From a virus, in IMG/VR virus record IMGVR_UViG_3300031834_000001, positions 28,859 to 92,858 of that record: a stretch of DNA of 64,000 nt; one strand, 5' to 3'. Position 1 is the stretch's first letter, and the number at the start of each line of letters is the position of its first letter. The notes under the pieces were generated by a model, which made no database searches, was not told where the DNA came from, and was given only the letters and a program-made list of their open reading frames with translations. The position numbers and the translations under genes are program-made. Shown one piece after another: positions 10,950-20,270 of this stretch.

Positions 10950-12045
10950 GCCGTTCTTCGTGACCCCGCACGCCGTGGACCAATTTCGCGCCAAGATAGC
11001 CGACCTCGCCCCGGCGGACGTGATAACCGAGGTCCAACGGATGATGCAGGATAAGCGGCTGCCGCCAACCTGGACGCCCAAGGGGAGCCCGTCCGCCAAG
11101 GTTGCCTGTATCCTCCCCGTTGACGCCGAGTTGCGCGAGGGTGGCCTGACGCTTATCTATCTCGGGTGGCTCGGGAGCAACCCGGTGTATATTCCCACCC
11201 TGGCCCCCGACGGAGTTCATGGGGGCTGGCCGTCCGTGCCTACCGTCATGGGCAAGGAGTCCAGGCTTCACAACGTTCTCGTCCGGGCGGCGGCGTGGAA
11301 GAAGCGGTGCGGCAGGTTCCCTCTGCGGCGATGGGTGGAGGAGGACGACCGCCTACTCGCGGCGCTAAGGGATGCCGGGTTCAGCATCCGGCAAGTGGCG
11401 TCCATCATGCGCCGGGGCCACCACACTGTCTGGCGGCACACTCGCCACCCACTGGATCGCCGACAAGACTGGCCCGCTGACGACGTCCAGGCCGCCGTGG
11501 CGCTAAGGGCGGGCGGCAAGTCCTGCCGGGAGGCCGGGCTCATCCTGGGGCGCACATCGGGCGGCGTGGCCATGCGGCTCTACAGGTACCGCCGGGAACA
11601 TCCGAGGGACAAGCGAGCCCGGACCACCGTGCCCGGCCCATGGCCGAAGGAGGACGTGACCCTCGCGGTAGCCATGCGGGCCGAGGGGAAGACGCTGGCC
11701 CGGATAGGCGAGGCCGTCCACCGGAGCCGGGCCGCCGTGAGTTGGCGGATTGTCCGGGAGAGCAGGAAGCCTCTAGCCCCCGAGGTTACCGGGCCGTGGA
11801 CGGAGGCCGAGTTGGAGTTAGCCCACAACCTGCGGGCCAAGGGGAAATCGTGCCCCTGCATCGCTCGGAAACTCAAGCGGAGCGTGGGGGCCGTCTACCG
11901 CAAACTTGCCCTAATCCGCGAGAAGCGCCTGGCCGATCCGAGGGGGCGGGCCATCGCGGGGATGGTGGGCCGGATAATCAAGGTAGTCAGAAAGGAGGGC
12001 ATCGAATGTCTACCGGAACCTTTCAGCCAGAAGAACGCTCCCTAA
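10918..12045 (+). CDS. Protein with four tandem Myb/GcrA-like HTH repeats
   Basis: Repeats WVEEDDRLLAALRDAG, WPADDVQAAVALRAGG, WPKEDVTLAVAMRAEG, WTEAELELAHNLRAKG, each followed by an S/T-x-x-x-A/G...R helix. Confidence 0.7.
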   Translation: MDSSGRPRFARPFFVTPHAVDQFRAKIADLAPADVITEVQRMMQDKRLPPTWTPKGSPSAKVACILPVDAELREGGLTLIYLGWLGSNPVYIPTLAPDGVHGGWPSVPTVMGKESRLHNVLVRAAAWKKRCGRFPLRRWVEEDDRLLAALRDAGFSIRQVASIMRRGHHTVWRHTRHPLDRRQDWPADDVQAAVALRAGGKSCREAGLILGRTSGGVAMRLYRYRREHPRDKRARTTVPGPWPKEDVTLAVAMRAEGKTLARIGEAVHRSRAAVSWRIVRESRKPLAPEVTGPWTEAELELAHNLRAKGKSCPCIARKLKRSVGAVYRKLALIREKRLADPRGRAIAGMVGRIIKVVRKEGIECLPEPFSQKNAP

Positions 12046-12530
12046 TTCACGGATTCTGGACGCGCCACGAAAGCCGGGCCATAGCGGCTTTGTTGGTCTA
12101 CGGCATCTACCGCTCGCGAGACCAGGGCCGTTTCAAGGTCACGCCCGACATGTGGGGCCGGATTGAGCGGGCGGTCAAATCCTGCGCCCTGAGCGCTCAG
12201 GACTTGGAGGAATTCATCGACCGCTTCAAGTCCAAGATGCAGTGTTCGACCATCCACCCCCGATACATGCGGTCCGACCTCGGCGTCGGCCAAACTCTTG
12301 TTGAGGACCGCAGGACCGGCGAAATCCTCGGTACCAGCGGCGACCGCCGGGAATTCTGGGTGGAAATTCTGGAGGACGCCGACCACAAGGCCGCCCTGGA
12401 CGCCCTGTACCGCCAGACAGGCGCGGTTGTCGCCTTGGTCCGTGACCGCCTGGAGCGCGAGAAACCCCTGGAAGCCATGATTGGAGAGGAGACGCGAAAT
12501 GACGGCGACACCGACAACAAGGCCGAGTAG
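12006..12530 (+). CDS. cas11: Type IV-B small subunit (Cas11-like)
   Basis: 174-aa helical protein directly before csf2; MWGRIERAVKSCA...LEEFIDRF...VALVRDRLEREK; AAGGAGG RBS. Confidence 0.65.
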   Translation: MSTGTFQPEERSLIHGFWTRHESRAIAALLVYGIYRSRDQGRFKVTPDMWGRIERAVKSCALSAQDLEEFIDRFKSKMQCSTIHPRYMRSDLGVGQTLVEDRRTGEILGTSGDRREFWVEILEDADHKAALDALYRQTGAVVALVRDRLEREKPLEAMIGEETRNDGDTDNKAE

Positions 12531-13557
12531 TTCCTATAAAACCTACTACTTGGAGGGCATCGTGACCCTCCTGTCCCCCCTGTCGCATATCGGGGAGAAT
12601 CTCGGCACGACGACCCACTTTTCCCGGCAGGCCATCGTCGGCCCCGACGGGAAACGCGTGGAGTGCTTCGCCCATTCGGGCAACGGGTTCCGGGGTCACT
12701 TCCGGGACGATGGGGTGAAGCACCTCCTCCGCGCCCTGGGTAGCCCGAACCTGCCGCCCAAGCCGTTTCACCTGCTCTTCGGTGGCGGCACGATGACCGG
12801 GGAATTCGTGGTGGACATTGACCTCGCCCGGCGACTCCGGGAAGCCCTGCCTCTCCTATCTCTCTTCGGGGCCGCGACGGGCAATCACATCATGCCCGGC
12901 AAGTGGAACACGGGTATCCTGTGGCCAATCTGCGCCGAGACGCAACGGCTCCTCCCGGCCTATCTGCGGAACCCCGAGGCCCCGTCCTGCCGGACGTGGA
13001 TAACCGAACTCAACTTCAGCAGAAAGGACGACGGGAAGGATGAGCGGCTAACCCGACACATGCTACCCGGCGCGACGGGCCAGTTGGCGTTAGGGGGAGC
13101 CGAGCCCACGCCGAAAAAGAGGGGCAAGGGCAAGCCTAGCGACGACGGGGAGGCCGGGGACGAACCGGCCCAGCAGATGCGCTATACCGTCCAGGCCCTC
13201 GCGGCGGGCGGCGAACTCTTCCAACGCATCCACGTCCTCGACGCCACCGAGTTGGAGTTCGGGGCTCTCATGTCCTGCTTCTCCGAGTGGTCCCAGGCCC
13301 CCTATCTGGGCGGCAACAACGCGAAGGGCCTGGGGCTCGTTGCGGGCGAGTGGACCTACCAGACCGGCGAGATGGACGAACCGGCCCCGCTAGTCTCCGC
13401 CGGGCCGGGGGAGTTCGCGCCGAAGAACGCGGGCAAGGAGGCCCTGGACCGCTACGACGCCTATCTCCTCGACGCCTACGAGAGGTACATTTCGGGCAAC
13501 GCGCCCGAAATCAGGCAGGCCCTCGGGGTAAGCGGAGGGGTCCATGGAACCGCTTAG
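12499..13557 (+). CDS. csf2: Type IV backbone subunit Csf2 (Cas7 RAMP)
   Basis: TLLSPLSHIG, SGNGFRGHFRD, LLFGGG, LPLLSLFG, G-rich loop LGGNNAKGLG. Confidence 0.9.
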   Translation: MTATPTTRPSSSYKTYYLEGIVTLLSPLSHIGENLGTTTHFSRQAIVGPDGKRVECFAHSGNGFRGHFRDDGVKHLLRALGSPNLPPKPFHLLFGGGTMTGEFVVDIDLARRLREALPLLSLFGAATGNHIMPGKWNTGILWPICAETQRLLPAYLRNPEAPSCRTWITELNFSRKDDGKDERLTRHMLPGATGQLALGGAEPTPKKRGKGKPSDDGEAGDEPAQQMRYTVQALAAGGELFQRIHVLDATELEFGALMSCFSEWSQAPYLGGNNAKGLGLVAGEWTYQTGEMDEPAPLVSAGPGEFAPKNAGKEALDRYDAYLLDAYERYISGNAPEIRQALGVSGGVHGTA

Positions 13558-14230
13558 GGTGATCGCTACTCTCGAAACCGGCCAGGTGGCCACGTTCGAC
13601 GGGAATCTCCCGCTCGATGGTATCATCGCGGCCGCCTGGATGCGCCGGTATCACCCGGATGCCTTCTGGACCGGCGCGCCGAACCGCATGGGCGAGGACT
13701 GGATTGAGCCTATCCTCCCCCTTGACCGGCGCGTGTCGGACGGGGAGTGGTACTGGGCTTCCTCGTTCGCCCGGTACCGCCAACTGTCCGAGGAGATCAC
13801 CTACTGGCATAAGAGGTTCGACGACGACATGGAACACTTTCTCGACTTGGGCGGCCGGAGTGGTAGGATGAATGTGAAGTCGGGGCCATTTAAGAGTTAC
13901 CGGATGCCCCTGGTCTACATGGTCACGCCGGAGCTAGTCTGGCACATCGTTGGCGACAGGGGGGAAGTGGCGAGCCTACTCGGCATGATACCCGCCGTCG
14001 GCAAGAAGCGCTCGGCCGGCTATGGTTTCGTGGCCTCCTGGGTGGTCGAACCCTGGCCGGTGGACCTCTCCTGCCATGATGAGCGCGGGAGACCGATGCG
14101 AGCCATTCCGACCAGGGACGGCCCGTCCGAATGTGGGGTCAGGCCGCCCTACTGGCATCCGGTGAACCGGGTTAGGTGCGAGATGCCTGCCCCGTGGGGA
14201 GGAACTGGGGAGTGGGAGAGACAGGGATAA
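13544..14230 (+). CDS. csf3: Type IV Csf3 (Cas5 RAMP)
   Basis: PLRVIATL...LPLDGIIA; G-loop VGKKRSAGYGFV; RPPYWHP. Confidence 0.85.
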   Translation: MEPLRVIATLETGQVATFDGNLPLDGIIAAAWMRRYHPDAFWTGAPNRMGEDWIEPILPLDRRVSDGEWYWASSFARYRQLSEEITYWHKRFDDDMEHFLDLGGRSGRMNVKSGPFKSYRMPLVYMVTPELVWHIVGDRGEVASLLGMIPAVGKKRSAGYGFVASWVVEPWPVDLSCHDERGRPMRAIPTRDGPSECGVRPPYWHPVNRVRCEMPAPWGGTGEWERQG

Positions 14231-14748
14231 TGTTTCCGTGCCTGGGGGTCAAGCTGGTTCCGGCGGACAAGGTAGTCTGCAACGGCTACAATCCCAACAA
14301 GGTGGCGCGGCGAGAGCTCGACCTGCTGGAACTCTCCATCAGGGAGGATGGGGTGACTCAGGCGCTCGTGGTCTACCATGATGTTGGGGCCGACAAGTAC
14401 GTCATTGTGGACGGGTTCCACCGCTACGTCGTCCTGGTTCGCCTGGGGTGTGCCGAGATCCCGGTAGTCGTGATCGACAAGGACCTGAGAAACCGCATGG
14501 CGAGCACTGTCCGGCACAACCGGGCGCGGGGCAAGCACCAGGTGGACTTGGTGGCCGAGTTGGTCAAAGCGCTCCTCGCCAAGGGATGGGACGACGCGAG
14601 GATAGCGGAGCATCTCGGGATGAGCGCGGAGGAACTGCTGCGCCTGAAGCAGATCGTCGGTGCCGCCAAGTTGCTGGCTGGCACGGAGTATTCGGCGTCT
14701 TACGGGAGGGACGATGAGCCGGATGGGCAGGATTCATCTGACAGATAA
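14230..14748 (+). CDS. ibrB: IbrB-like ParB/Srx-domain protein
   Basis: NGYNPNKVA, SIREDGVTQ, IVDGFHR, MASTVRHNRARGKH. Confidence 0.85.
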   Translation: MFPCLGVKLVPADKVVCNGYNPNKVARRELDLLELSIREDGVTQALVVYHDVGADKYVIVDGFHRYVVLVRLGCAEIPVVVIDKDLRNRMASTVRHNRARGKHQVDLVAELVKALLAKGWDDARIAEHLGMSAEELLRLKQIVGAAKLLAGTEYSASYGRDDEPDGQDSSDR

Positions 14749-15496
14749 CCACGATCAACTGGACCTGCCGAGAGGACGCGAGGCGGTCTGGCTCCATTCC
14801 GCAAAGGACCGCAGGCCGCGGGCGGAGCGGTGCGTCACGCTCCCGGAGTTCCTGGATGCCCCCTGGGAGAGCGTCAAGGGTGCGGACCTCCTCGTCGTTG
14901 TCGGTCTCGTTTCCCGCCTTTGCACTCCCGGCAACAGGGTGCGCCTGGGCCAGTATCTCACCGACCCCTGGAATGGCCCCGAGCGCGTCTCGGTAGACGA
15001 CAGGTTGTTCATCGTCGATCCGTGGCGCATGTGGTGGCACTTTGGTTGCGTAGGCATCGACTTCGGGGGATGCTCCGTGAGTTATACCTTGGAGACTCGT
15101 TGGAACGGTTTCGTGGTGGGGATGAGGGAGAACCCCTGCACCCCTTCTGAACTCGACCGCTACGGCCTTGGCGTCATTGACGCCCGCGGAGCCTTCAAGT
15201 TCGAGCCGATCAACATTCACGTCGAACCCATGCCGGAGGAGGTTCGCGAATGCTACGCCGCCGAGAAAGAGGTCGCCTTCAACGAGGAGGCGACTCCGGC
15301 GGCGATCATCAAGCGCCTGGCCGCCTTCGCTTCATCGGTCTACCCGTCCCGGTCGGTGCCTTCGTTTAGGGACATGTTCCGCAACCGCCACCTTGAGGTC
15401 CGGGCCACAGACCTTGGCGTGGACCGCTTCCTGGCGAACCAGATTTCTCTCCGGGTTGAGTTGACCAACTACGCCGCCGAGAGCTTCGCCGTATGA
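14714..15496 (+). CDS. Hypothetical protein, possibly a degenerate SNF2-type helicase domain
   Basis: GGAGG RBS, coupled to both neighbours; DLLVVVGL, LFIVDPWRMWWHF and VEPMPEEVRECY echo SNF2 motifs without catalytic residues. Confidence 0.5.
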   Translation: MSRMGRIHLTDNHDQLDLPRGREAVWLHSAKDRRPRAERCVTLPEFLDAPWESVKGADLLVVVGLVSRLCTPGNRVRLGQYLTDPWNGPERVSVDDRLFIVDPWRMWWHFGCVGIDFGGCSVSYTLETRWNGFVVGMRENPCTPSELDRYGLGVIDARGAFKFEPINIHVEPMPEEVRECYAAEKEVAFNEEATPAAIIKRLAAFASSVYPSRSVPSFRDMFRNRHLEVRATDLGVDRFLANQISLRVELTNYAAESFAV

Positions 15497-16548
15497 ATGT
15501 CTACGAGGGGGCCGTAAACCGAATTAGGTTCATCTTCGCCGAGTTCCCGCGTGTGGTCGTCAGCGTCTCCGGCGGGAAGGACAGCACGTGCCTATTCTAC
15601 CTGGCGGCGGCAGAGGCGGAGCGGCAAGGGCGGCGCTTCGAGGTGTTCTTTCTGGACCAGGAAGCGGAGTATCAGAGTTCCGTCGAGATCATTGAGGGGA
15701 TGATGCGGCACCCGCTAGCGATCCCGCGTTGGTACCAGGTGCCCATCCATATGACCAACGCTACGAGTCACGCCGAACTCTTCCTCCACGCCTGGGGTGA
15801 GGGTGAAACTTGGATACGCGAGAAGAGCCCGCTGGCGATTCACGGCATCCCCGAACCATACCCGAAGCGGTTCTACGACTTCTTCCCCTGGTTTGAGAGT
15901 CTGGACCGGGAGCCGACGGCGCACCTGGTCGGCCTGCGGCAGTTCGAGAGCCTAAACCGTCACCGGGCGGTCTACAAGGCCAATGGGTACAAGCACTATA
16001 AGTGGAGCACCCGATGCGCTCCAGGAAGCGCGAGTTACCGCTTCTATCCGATTTTCGACTGGCAATTCCGCGACGTGTGGAAGTGCATCGCCGACAACAG
16101 TGTCCCCTACAACAAACTCTATGACCGCATGTACGCCCGGAGCGGCGCGAACATGAGCACCATGCGCGTGTCGAACCTCATCCACGAGCGGGCATTCCGG
16201 GCGCTGGCGCAGGTGCAGGAGTTCGAGCCGGACACCTACGACAAATTGGTCGCCCGGTTGGGCGGGGTGCATTGCGCCGCGCTCTACGCCGAGGACCGCT
16301 ACATCTTTAGCGCCGACCGCCTGCCACCCGCGTTCAAGTCGTGGCGGGAGTACCGCGACTACCTATTGGCGACGACGCCGTCAAGCACGCAAAGCCGCTA
16401 CCTCAAGCGCTTCGCCAAGCAGGACGCCGACGAGTCTGCCTGTCAGCACCAGGTCAAGCAGTTACTCCTCAACGACTGGGAAGGCAATCTTCCGATCACG
16501 CGGCAGAAGAGGCGGAAGGTCCGGGAGCAATGGTGGGACCTCCTATGA
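15493..16548 (+). CDS. ibrA: IbrA-like PAPS-reductase/DUF3440 PP-loop protein
   Basis: VSVSGGKDS, FLDQEAEY, VGLRQFESLNR, YPIFDW...DVW, YNKLYD, MRVS. Confidence 0.85.
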   Translation: MNVYEGAVNRIRFIFAEFPRVVVSVSGGKDSTCLFYLAAAEAERQGRRFEVFFLDQEAEYQSSVEIIEGMMRHPLAIPRWYQVPIHMTNATSHAELFLHAWGEGETWIREKSPLAIHGIPEPYPKRFYDFFPWFESLDREPTAHLVGLRQFESLNRHRAVYKANGYKHYKWSTRCAPGSASYRFYPIFDWQFRDVWKCIADNSVPYNKLYDRMYARSGANMSTMRVSNLIHERAFRALAQVQEFEPDTYDKLVARLGGVHCAALYAEDRYIFSADRLPPAFKSWREYRDYLLATTPSSTQSRYLKRFAKQDADESACQHQVKQLLLNDWEGNLPITRQKRRKVREQWWDLL

Positions 16549-17099
16549 CCGATATTATCATCAGGGCCTGCCGGGAGCGGCAAGCATGGGTGGACTATCT
16601 TCTCGACCGGCTACCGGGGGCCACGGTTGTCTACGATACCACGCGCAACGCGATGAACACCTTCCTCGAAGCCCTGCGAGTTGCCGGCGACCGCCCGGTT
16701 ATCCACATGGAGGACGACGTGCTCCTCGCGAAGGGGTTCGTCTGCAAGGCCGAGTCGGTGATAGGCGAACGTCCCGAGACGGCCATTCAGTTCTTCTCGA
16801 TGCGCAAGCGGGACATCCAGGTTGGGTCTAGGTGGGAACCCGGAGGGACCTTCCTAGCGGGCCTATGCTTCTACTTGCCGGCCGGGATGTCCGAGCGGCT
16901 CCTGCGCTTCGACTGGCCCCGTCGGGAGGAGCATCCCACCGGCCTAGACTTGCTGGTCGCCGATTTCCTGCGGGCCAACAAGGAGAGGTACTGGCTACAT
17001 GTCCCCAATCTGGCGCAACATCGGTTTGGCAAGAGTCTGATCGATTCCCGCCGCTCGCGCTATCGGCAGTCGTTGACCTTCGAGGACCCCGACGAATGA
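16545..17099 (+). CDS. Putative GT-A fold glycosyltransferase
   Basis: VIHMEDDVLL (hhhEDD) motif; late PNLAQH; ATGA-coupled on both sides. Confidence 0.6.
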   Translation: MTDIIIRACRERQAWVDYLLDRLPGATVVYDTTRNAMNTFLEALRVAGDRPVIHMEDDVLLAKGFVCKAESVIGERPETAIQFFSMRKRDIQVGSRWEPGGTFLAGLCFYLPAGMSERLLRFDWPRREEHPTGLDLLVADFLRANKERYWLHVPNLAQHRFGKSLIDSRRSRYRQSLTFEDPDE

Positions 17100-17845
17100 C
17101 GGAGGACGAAATGGAGTTGTATCACCTCCATGCCCGGCTTCCCCGCGTCCGCCGTTTGACCGCGCAGGCCATGTCCGACCTTCGCGACTGGCGGGCCAAC
17201 TGTTCCCGCCCTTACGTCGCTTGGTCCACCGGGAAGGACTCGACCCTCTGCTTGTGGCTCGCTCTCCAGGTGGACCCGAATGTCGAGGCTATCTACCTTG
17301 ACGCCGAGTCTTCCCTCCCGGAGACAGAGGAGATGCTCGACACCCTGCCCGCCCAGTGGGGCTTCCGCCTCCGAGTAGTCAAGACACGGCCGCTTCTCGA
17401 CATGCTGGCCCAGTATGGCTTGGACGACCCGCATATCGAGGAGCGGACGATGCAGGCAACCGTCCGGGAACCGATTAAACGGCTGAGACGCGAGGGATAC
17501 GACGGCGTTGTCGTGGGCATTCGCGCCGATGAGAGCCGGGGCAGAATGAAAGGCATTAACCGCATGGGGCGACTTTTCTGGAGCAAGTCGTCCGGGATGT
17601 TGACCTGCTGGCCTGTGGCCCGATGGACAAGCCGGGATGTCTGGGCTTACACGGTGGCCAACGGGCTCCCCTATAACCGGGCCTACGACAAGCTCCTGGG
17701 TTGGCCACTTGAGGAGCGGCGAGTCTCCTACTGGGCGGGCGAGACCAACAGGGAATGCGGCCGCTACGTCTGGCTCCGGCGGTACCACCCCGACCTTTAT
17801 GCCCAACTGGTTGCCCGACTCCCGCGAGTAGGCAACTTTGTCTGA
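17096..17845 (+). CDS. cysH: Type IV-B-associated CysH-like PAPS-reductase family protein
   Basis: YVAWSTGKDS, SLPET, VGIRADESRGR, PVARWTSRDVWAY. Confidence 0.85.
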   Translation: MTEDEMELYHLHARLPRVRRLTAQAMSDLRDWRANCSRPYVAWSTGKDSTLCLWLALQVDPNVEAIYLDAESSLPETEEMLDTLPAQWGFRLRVVKTRPLLDMLAQYGLDDPHIEERTMQATVREPIKRLRREGYDGVVVGIRADESRGRMKGINRMGRLFWSKSSGMLTCWPVARWTSRDVWAYTVANGLPYNRAYDKLLGWPLEERRVSYWAGETNRECGRYVWLRRYHPDLYAQLVARLPRVGNFV

Positions 17846-17863
17846 CCTGAACCCGCCGCCCTA

Positions 17864-18065
17864 AAGGAACCTCCCCGTTCCCGCCTCAACTACCACCCAG
17901 ACCCTGAACGCTAGGAGGCCGACTCGCCGCCGTGTCCGACTCTCCATCCCCCGTCACCCTGCTTACCGGAGACTGCCTGGTGGCCAAGAGTAGGCAGAAG
18001 GAACCTCCCTTGTCCGCTCTCAACTACCAGATAGACCCTGAAAGCGAGGAAGCCCAGTCGCCGTG
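17864..18065 (+). repeat. Two imperfect ~68-bp direct repeats (17864-17934, 17998-18065), each containing the phage promoter motif, an RBS and GTG
   Basis: AAGGAACCTCCC...CTCAACTACCA...AGACCCTGAA...AGGA...TCGCCG shared; 134-bp period. Confidence 0.8.
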
Positions 18066-19539
18066 AAGATCATTGAGCACCTCGACGGCCGCTCCTACGC
18101 TGACGACCAGACTCTCCGCGAACTCCACTGGTCCGGCCTGCTCGACTTGCCGCGCCTGCTAACCTGGCTCAGACGGGAGCCCGTGGCGGGTTGTGAGTGT
18201 CCGGTCAACGTAGGAAGCGAGGAGTGCTGGGGGCTCATGCGGCCGCAGGGGGTCAGCGGGGGGAGGGTCGGGAGATGAAGGAAGCCTGGGACGCCATGAT
18301 ACGCAAGTTGCGCCGGGCCATTCTGAGGTGGCTATTCACGCCGGAACCCAAGCGGTGCCCGAAGTGCAAGTCGGCCAAGGTGGAGCATGCGACCGGCGGG
18401 ATAAGCACCACCTTCAGTTTCACCTTTGAGGCCCGTTGCCGAGCCCGTGGCCACGAGTGGGCGGAGCGCCGCAGGGATAACAACTGGTCCGGCTGGTACG
18501 ACCCGAACCGCAACCCGTACGACAGGGAGGCGGGGAAGACGTGAGCGAGCCCATTCGCCCATCAAGTGTCCCGGCTAACCCCTACTCCCTCTTCAACCTG
18601 GCGACCGTCACCTATGCGCCGCCCGACTGCGCCGTGGTCAAGATGGGGAGCGACGCCTGCCTGCTCGACACGGCAACCGGGAAGGCCCTGGTGTTCAAGT
18701 CGGGCTGGGAGGAAGAGGTGTTCGGGCCGACCCCCGTGGACGACTCAACGGACGAATCCTGCCCGGATTGCCCGCTCGACAAGTGTGTTAGGTACGACCC
18801 AAACGACCCCAGGTCATGCCCATGGGACCGCGCCACCGGGTACGTCGGGGACTTCAAGGAGGGACACCCGAAGCGAGACGTGCTTGCCAAGGTTGTGCCG
18901 ATGCGGACAAGGGAATGGGGGAAAGAGGATGCTCGGGATGAGTGACGAGACCAGGGTGAGGGTAACCCATTTCGAAATTAGGGGCCGCCAATGCGTCTGC
19001 CTTGCCGCCCAGATTAATGACGATGGCCTATGGAACGACCTTGGCCCCCACTTCTATGTCGGCCCGCCAAATTGGTTTGAGCGGCTATGCGGGGTGACTC
19101 TGGGGGCCAAGATCGAGCGGGCGAGGGAGCGGCTAGCCTCGCGAGTCGCGGCGTCGGTCAAGATATACCAATCCGTGCGCGCCGCGTGCGGACCATGGTT
19201 GTCCGACCTGGGCGACACTGGCCCGGCTTCCATGGCGGGCGACATCATCCCGCCTTCGCCAAGGAGGCCAGAGTAGCCATGGAGCCCCTCGCCGTCCTCA
19301 CCCGCCGCGCCGACGGTGGCTTCACCCTCTCCCCCATCCCGGACACGGTTGCCGGGCGGCACTGGCTAGCCGAGGGCGGCAGGACGCCATGGACTAACTG
19401 GCCCATCGTGAGGGACTGGGGGCAGGCGGGGCCGGTGGGAAGCGGCGTGGATGACAAGGTGGAACCGGGCAGACCGGAAGTCCGGGGATTTTGGGCGAGG
19501 TTGGGGAGACGGCAAATGACTAAGGGGCGCGGACTATGA
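18063..19539 (+). CDS. Run of small hypothetical ORFs (18063-18278, 18275-18544 Zn ribbon, 18541-18945, 18938-19276, 19279-19539)
   Basis: Coupled starts and stops; CPKC motif in the second. Confidence 0.5.
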
Positions 19540-20270
19540 GATGGACCCAGGTAGTCAGTGGAGGCATCGACATCGGGGAAACCATGGGTTACAAGCTCCT
19601 CGCCGGCGGGCTCATTAAGCAGGCCCTCGACGATGTGGCCGACGGTTGTCTTGAGGCCCTCCTCTTCCTCCTGCTCGACATGCGGACCGAGTCCCTCTGC
19701 GAGGACGTGCCGGACCCGCCTATCTTCGGCTACCACGAGGTTCGCAAGGAGGCCGCGAAAAAGTGGCGGGAGGCCAGGTTGACCAAGTCGGCCCTGCGAT
19801 GCGAGGAACACTGGCCGTCCCCGTGCATGGTGGCCCCCACGGCTCCCTGCTTCACGGGGTCTGTCGGGGGGTGCCCGCTCAGAGTGTCTCGCGTTAGCGA
19901 ACGCGGCAAACGGAAGCCAGTGGCTCCCCTGGTCGCCGAGGACCCCTCGCCGGTTAGGGTCCTCATCTACGGCTCGGAGGGTTGGGCCGATGAGGTCGTT
20001 TTGGGGGCCGTGTTGGGGCGGTTTCCCCTGGACTCCGTGGTTATCCACGCCGACCGAGCGGGCGTGGAACAAGTGGCGAGCAAGGTGGCCGGAAAGCTGG
20101 GGCTGGCGACGGAACTCTGGACTCCTGCGCGGGAGAGGTTCCCCAGGGCGGACGTGGCGTTCGGCTTCGTTGCGCGGGGCGAGCCGGACGCGAGGAGCCG
20201 GGCGCTAAGGGTGAGGCTAGAGAGATCGGGAATGCCGAACTGGATGTACAAGGGAGGCGGTAAGACGTGA
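19536..20270 (+). CDS. Protein with a C-terminal SLOG/YspA-like domain
   Basis: RVLIYGSEGWAD...VVIHADRAGVEQVA, resembling RVLVxGSRxxxD...IIHGxAxGAD. Confidence 0.5.
   Translation: MRWTQVVSGGIDIGETMGYKLLAGGLIKQALDDVADGCLEALLFLLLDMRTESLCEDVPDPPIFGYHEVRKEAAKKWREARLTKSALRCEEHWPSPCMVAPTAPCFTGSVGGCPLRVSRVSERGKRKPVAPLVAEDPSPVRVLIYGSEGWADEVVLGAVLGRFPLDSVVIHADRAGVEQVASKVAGKLGLATELWTPARERFPRADVAFGFVARGEPDARSRALRVRLERSGMPNWMYKGGGKT

Noticed and set aside
4177-16175. Further TGTCGAA (Spo0A-like) heptamers at ~4177, 6711 and 16169
   Set aside because: Single copies inside coding sequence, expected by chance
15493-17845. Sulfate-assimilation auxiliary metabolic genes (true CysH)
   Set aside because: No other cys genes; the context (csf genes, ibrB) indicates non-metabolic PP-loop families
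17864-18065. Canonical CRISPR array for the type IV-B system
   Set aside because: Only two copies, ~68 bp long, imperfect and non-palindromic; the core recurs elsewhere as a promoter motif. Kept only as a candidate RNA.
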